Shown: one piece after another, positions 60,057-64,000 of the stretch
Layout: each line of letters starts with the position of its first letter
Numbering within the stretch: the stretch's first letter is position 1
Origin: an uncultured Gemmatimonadaceae bacterium
GTDB lineage: Bacteria > Gemmatimonadota > Gemmatimonadetes > Gemmatimonadales > Gemmatimonadaceae
Assembly (NCBI GenBank): GCA_963781585.1
Contig: CAWAGQ010000011.1
Coordinates: forward strand, 256,001 to 320,000
Direction of reading: 5' to 3'
Length of the DNA stretch: 64,000 nt
Made by a program: the position numbers and the translations under genes
Notes under the pieces: generated by a model
Databases searched by the model: none
What the model saw: only the letters and a program-made list of their open reading frames with translations
What the model was told of the DNA's origin: nothing

Positions 60057-61421
60057 TCAGCCATGCGAGCGTCGAAGAACGACAACCTCTCCCGCCATGG
60101 CGGCTGCACAAATCAACACGCCAAGAATCAAAAGGGCCAGACGATGCGGGGAATGAGCTCCCAGGTAGCCCAGCACCGAGATGCCCCCTCCCACCAGGAG
60201 CGCCGAGACCATAAACGACGCCCCCAGCACCAGTTCCCGCGTGGAAAAGATGAGCGCGCGCGCCTCGGCCGGGGCGGATTCGTGCACCAGAGTGTCCTGC
60301 GAGACCATGATCGGCGCCAACGCCGTTCCCCCGACCAATGCGATGGGCATGAACACGCCGAATGAGAAGAAGGCACTTCCGACGATCATGAGCGCTCCTA
60401 CGAGGAGGCACCCTACGAGAATGATGTGCCGCTTGTTCCAGCGTGACCCGACGGTGCCGACGACCAGCGATCCCACGATCATTCCCGCCGCCGCCACCCC
60501 GCCGAGGAATCCTACCCCGCGGGGGCCCTGCTGCATCACGTTCTGCACGGCTGAGGTCATCACGACATAGATGGAAGCGGCAAGCACGCCCAGGAGCACG
60601 ATGGTGGCGAAGACGAAGCGGAGCTCCGGATTAGCCCGCACAAATGTCAGGGTCTGCCGCATGTCGCCGGTCAGGTGCGCAAACTCCCGACGGACGAGTG
60701 CGGCGGCCTCGGTCCCGGTCCAGTGCCCGAGAGCGGCGCGACGCGCGTGAGCGGCGCTGATGATCGTGATGAGCACCAGCGAGAGGACCGAAACCACGTA
60801 CGATGCGGAGTCCATGTAGAACCCGGCCTCGTAGCCGGCCAAGCCGAACCGGCGCCAGATGCTCCAGCCGATCATGAGTCCCCCACCAACGATCCCGGTG
60901 ACGGTCGCAATGCGTCCGATCAGCGTGAGCGCCGCGTTCGCGGGGAGTAGCGTATCGTGGCTTACCAGGTCGGGAATGAGCGCCATCTTGGCGGAATTGA
61001 AGAACACGCCGAGCAGGAAGACGAAGAAGGCGACAACGTAGACCGGCCAGAGATGTCCGCTGAAGCGGTAGAGGAGCGGGATCAGGGCCACGATGACCGC
61101 CCGGATCACATCGCACACGATCATCGTGACGCGCTTGTTCCACCGGTCGACCAGCGCGCCGGCGAGCGGTCCGAAGAGCATGGGGAGGGTGAAGACCACC
61201 GCCAGCTGCGAGAACGCGAATCCACTGGTCCGGGCCTCGGCTTCGGCGCCGACCAGCGCGATGAGCGCCATGTGATGCAGCTTGTCACCGAGCTGCGACA
61301 CGGTCTGGCCGACGACGAGCAGCGAGAACTGAGGGCGGCGCAGCACGCGCGCCAGGCCGCCGGCTCGCGATGCTTCGGGGGGACGGACCGCCGGCGGGGC
61401 CTCAGGACTTGCGTTGGTCAC
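60057..61421 (-). CDS. MFS transporter
   Basis: About 12 TM segments; GQTVSQLGD, GALVDRWNKR.TMIVCDVIRA, ALIPDLV...L..ANA. Confidence 0.9.
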   Translation of the reverse strand: MTNASPEAPPAVRPPEASRAGGLARVLRRPQFSLLVVGQTVSQLGDKLHHMALIALVGAEAEARTSGFAFSQLAVVFTLPMLFGPLAGALVDRWNKRVTMIVCDVIRAVIVALIPLLYRFSGHLWPVYVVAFFVFLLGVFFNSAKMALIPDLVSHDTLLPANAALTLIGRIATVTGIVGGGLMIGWSIWRRFGLAGYEAGFYMDSASYVVSVLSLVLITIISAAHARRAALGHWTGTEAAALVRREFAHLTGDMRQTLTFVRANPELRFVFATIVLLGVLAASIYVVMTSAVQNVMQQGPRGVGFLGGVAAAGMIVGSLVVGTVGSRWNKRHIILVGCLLVGALMIVGSAFFSFGVFMPIALVGGTALAPIMVSQDTLVHESAPAEARALIFSTRELVLGASFMVSALLVGGGISVLGYLGAHSPHRLALLILGVLICAAAMAGEVVVLRRSHG

Positions 61422-62283
61422 CCGATACCCATTGCGGTTGGAACACGTACCACTGGTCGGGATGGGCCTGAACCGCGGCCGAGAGCCGTTCCGTGATCTG
61501 TCGTGTCAGGCGCAAGCGTTCCTCGTCGCCGCGTCCGGCCGGCAGGAGGGGGGGATCGATCGTCGCAAGATAGCGCGGCGCGCGGGCGGGATTCTCGATC
61601 ACGTGTCCGACGAGTATCGGGGCGCCGGTCGCGATGGAGCAGGCGGCGGGTCCGGTGGGTATCGGTCGGGATCCATCGCAGAAGGGCAAGGTGATGGCGG
61701 TTCGGCCGTCGCCGATGACGCGGTCCGCCACCAGCACCACGATCCGGCCCTCGCCTAACAGGCGATAGGCCTCGCGAATGCCCTGGCGCATGGGAATGAG
61801 CTGCATGCCCGACGCCCGCCGGTACGTGGCCAGGGCGTCGGCGACGGCCGGCGCCAGGTCCTCCACCATCGCGTGCACGGGGTAGCCCACCGCGGCGAGC
61901 CAGGCTCCGCCCAGTTCGTACGGCCCGAGGTGCGCGGTGACGATGATGACGCCTTTCCCCGCGGCGAGGGCGGCATCGAGGTGTTCGCGTCCCCGCAACT
62001 CCATCAACGCGCGCACCTGTTCGAGCGGGATCGAAGGGAGGCGAAAGAGGTCGGCGGCGGCCGCGGCGAGGTTGCGGAACGTGCGACGGGCGAGCCGCCG
62101 GCGAGTGGCGGGCGACTCGTCAGGCACGATGTGCGCGAGGTTGTCGAGGATGATGCGGCGGCGGCGAGCCGCGACCAGGTAGGCCGCGGCACCGGCGGCG
62201 CGGGCCACGCCGCGCAGCACCGGCGCGGGCACCACGCGCGCCAGGAGGAAGGCGACGCGCAGGAACGTGGAGGAGGGAATCAT
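61402..62283 (-). CDS. Lipid acyltransferase (LpxL/PatA family)
   Basis: GREHLDAALAAGKGVIIVTAHLGPYE, LVADR, F......PTGPA, HPDQWYVFQPQW; overlaps the MFS start. Confidence 0.85.
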   Translation of the reverse strand: MIPSSTFLRVAFLLARVVPAPVLRGVARAAGAAAYLVAARRRRIILDNLAHIVPDESPATRRRLARRTFRNLAAAAADLFRLPSIPLEQVRALMELRGREHLDAALAAGKGVIIVTAHLGPYELGGAWLAAVGYPVHAMVEDLAPAVADALATYRRASGMQLIPMRQGIREAYRLLGEGRIVVLVADRVIGDGRTAITLPFCDGSRPIPTGPAACSIATGAPILVGHVIENPARAPRYLATIDPPLLPAGRGDEERLRLTRQITERLSAAVQAHPDQWYVFQPQWVSGDQRKS

Positions 62284-62288
62284 GCCTC

Positions 62289-62372
62289 AAAAGGCCAGAG
62301 GTCAGATGCCAAGGGCCATGGTCGGAGGCCAGAGGTCGAAGGCCAAAGTCCAGAGGCGAAAGGCCAGGCCAA
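62289..62372. repeat. Degenerate heptamer array (AAAGGCC/AGAGGTC-like)
   Basis: aaaggcc agaggtc agatgcc aagggcc ... agaggtc gaaggcc aaagtcc agaggcg aaaggcc, immediately upstream of the acyltransferase start. Confidence 0.7.
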
Positions 62373-62726
62373 CCTCAACGCGCCCTTCGGCCAGCCGTCG
62401 GATTTCGTCGAGCTGCGGTGTGGACGCCGCGACGCGCACGAACCCGTGCGGGCAGGGAGATCCGGACGGCGCGGGGTTATCCACGCCCGGGAAGGTGCCC
62501 GGTCAATCACCGCCCGACAAGTCGGGGCCGGTGCGGCTCCGACGCGGGCAGCGGAGCCGCGCCTACCTCCTGGCGGCGCGCGCGCGCTTGCGCCGGGCCG
62601 CGCGTCGGCCGGCGCCCGTGCCTAACGTTGGTATTCCGGTCGCTCCGCGGCAGAGGAAGTGAAACCAGGCCGCCCGATACCGGTCGGAGCGCGGTCCGGC
62701 GGGTCGCGTACCACGACGGCGGGGCT

Positions 62727-63152
62727 TCACGGAACGACGCCTCCGCCCAGCGTGCCCGCCCCTGTCGTCGGGGGACCGCAGATGATCGCCCCGCTCGGCA
62801 CGTTCACCGCGTCCGTACCGGAGTACGTGGCGCATTGCTGTCCCGGCATCAGCACGTGGGTGGCAATACCGGTGTAGCCGCCGATGATATCGGTACTGCT
62901 CAACGCCAGCCGCACCGTGGATGTGATGCGCATGCCGAGCGTGGCGGTGTCGGTGACGTACTGCTGATGCTCGGCGAAGTACTCCTCTTCGGCGATTCGC
63001 AGGTCGCCCAGATCCGAGCGCATCGACGCGAAATAGGCACGCTCCTTGAACATCCGGTAATGGGGAAGGGCAATCGCCGAGAGCACGCCGAGCAGGATCA
63101 TGCCGGCCAGCAGCTCGACGAAGGTGAAACCACGGGGTCGGTGATTCGACAT
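62727..63152 (-). CDS. Type IV pilin-like protein
   Basis: MSNHRPRG|FTFVELL class III signal, hydrophobic helix, KERAY.ASMRSDL, C-terminal Cys pair. Confidence 0.9.
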   Translation of the reverse strand: MSNHRPRGFTFVELLAGMILLGVLSAIALPHYRMFKERAYFASMRSDLGDLRIAEEEYFAEHQQYVTDTATLGMRITSTVRLALSSTDIIGGYTGIATHVLMPGQQCATYSGTDAVNVPSGAIICGPPTTGAGTLGGGVVP

Positions 63153-63441
63153 GTGGGCGAGAATGAGGACATGGCTGGTGCGCCGCGTGCAGCAATGCGG
63201 CGTGGAATGCCGGGTGCCGGGTCGTGCCATCCTCGCCTCTCAGGGGGCACGTCGAGTGCCAAGACGAGATCATTTCTATGTCCATGGCCGGGAACCACTT
63301 CGAACGTCAGCCGGGTCAGGCTCCGATGGGGAACGAGGCGCCATCGCCACATGGCGGCCGCGCGATTTGCAGAGCCTCTGCGTCGGGCGTAGCTTGGCGC
63401 GGTGACCATGCCACGCTGCCGATCCCGGATCGTCTGACTCG

Positions 63442-64000
63442 ATGACGTCCGGAACGGGCGAGTCCAGGTGGCGGCTGCCGCCCGTGCGCGGGCTGATCAC
63501 GCTCGTCGCCGGCGAGGGTATCTCGCGCGTCCTCTCGTTCCTGGCGATCGCGATCCTGACACGCCGTATGAATCCGGCGGCGTGGGGTCCGGTGGCGGTC
63601 GCCCTGACCACACTGCAATTCGGGTCGCTGATCGTAGAGCTGGGCATGCGACTCTTCGGTGCGCGCGAGGTCGCGCGCCGCCCGGGCGATGCGCGCCGGC
63701 TGATGGGTCCTATTCTCGCCACCCAGGTCGTGGTGGCCGCGCTGCTGGTGGTGCTCGCAACACTGGTTGCCAGGCTTCACGTCGTCGAGGCCGATCTCGG
63801 ACGCCTGCTCCCGGGTTACTCGGTGAGTCTGCTCGCGTTTCCGTTCGTGCTCGCCTGGATCTACCAGGGGCTGGGCGCGATGCAGTGGGTGGCGATTCCG
63901 CAAGTCACGCGGTACGCCACCTTTCTTCTGCTCACCGTGCTGCTGGTGCGTTCGGCGGCGGACATTCCACGGCTTCCCTGGCTGGAGGTGGCCGCGTTGA
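63442..64000 (+). CDS. Wzx/MOP-family flippase, runs off the right edge
   Basis: Hand translation MTSGTGESRW...AGEGISRVLSFLAIAILTRRMNPAAWG...ELGMRLFGAREVAR...WIYQGLGAM. Confidence 0.8.
   Translation, partial: MTSGTGESRWRLPPVRGLITLVAGEGISRVLSFLAIAILTRRMNPAAWGPVAVALTTLQFGSLIVELGMRLFGAREVARRPGDARRLMGPILATQVVVAALLVVLATLVARLHVVEADLGRLLPGYSVSLLAFPFVLAWIYQGLGAMQWVAIPQVTRYATFLLLTVLLVRSAADIPRLPWLEVAAL

Noticed and set aside
62395..62545. 6S RNA or SRP RNA
   Set aside because: No SRP GGAA-loop/AGCAG motif, no clear 6S central bubble and no typical gene context; kept only as a weak finding.

Overview
GC-rich (roughly 68-70% by eye) bacterial chromosomal window. Gene content points to Gemmatimonadota (inference): multiple ADOP-type orphan ABC permeases with a PadR regulator, secreted 6-bladed beta-propellers, carboxypeptidase-regulatory-like domain proteins and a TPR-tailed Ser/Thr kinase. 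The left ~38 kb is a partly decaying accessory region. It holds five ADOP permease copies (one internally deleted), two stacked toxin-antitoxin modules (Phd-RelE/ParE intact, MNT-HEPN with truncated HEPN), five propeller genes, three carboxypeptidase-regulatory paralogues, a SMUG2-like glycosylase, a thioester alpha-2-macroglobulin, an ABC exporter and a PQQ dehydrogenase. The right part carries an HNH protein, GNAT, FMN reductase, DPP-IV, a hybrid histidine kinase, the Ser/Thr kinase, sixA with a CHAD-CYTH fusion, a mycobacterial-like patA/pimA/pimB' glycolipid cluster, a type IV pilin and a flippase. No rRNA, tRNA, CRISPR array, integrase or transposase was recognised. The most notable signals are: (1) a strongly over-represented octamer CGTTAGGC/GCCTAACG embedded in genes in both orientations and several frames, often forcing rare TTA codons; (2) the PIM-like glycolipid cluster; (3) candidate operator palindromes over promoters of padR/ADOP genes; (4) heptamer-based intergenic repeat arrays. 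Three single-base frameshifts in short homopolymers may be sequencing artefacts. All product calls come from motif recognition by eye, with no database searches.
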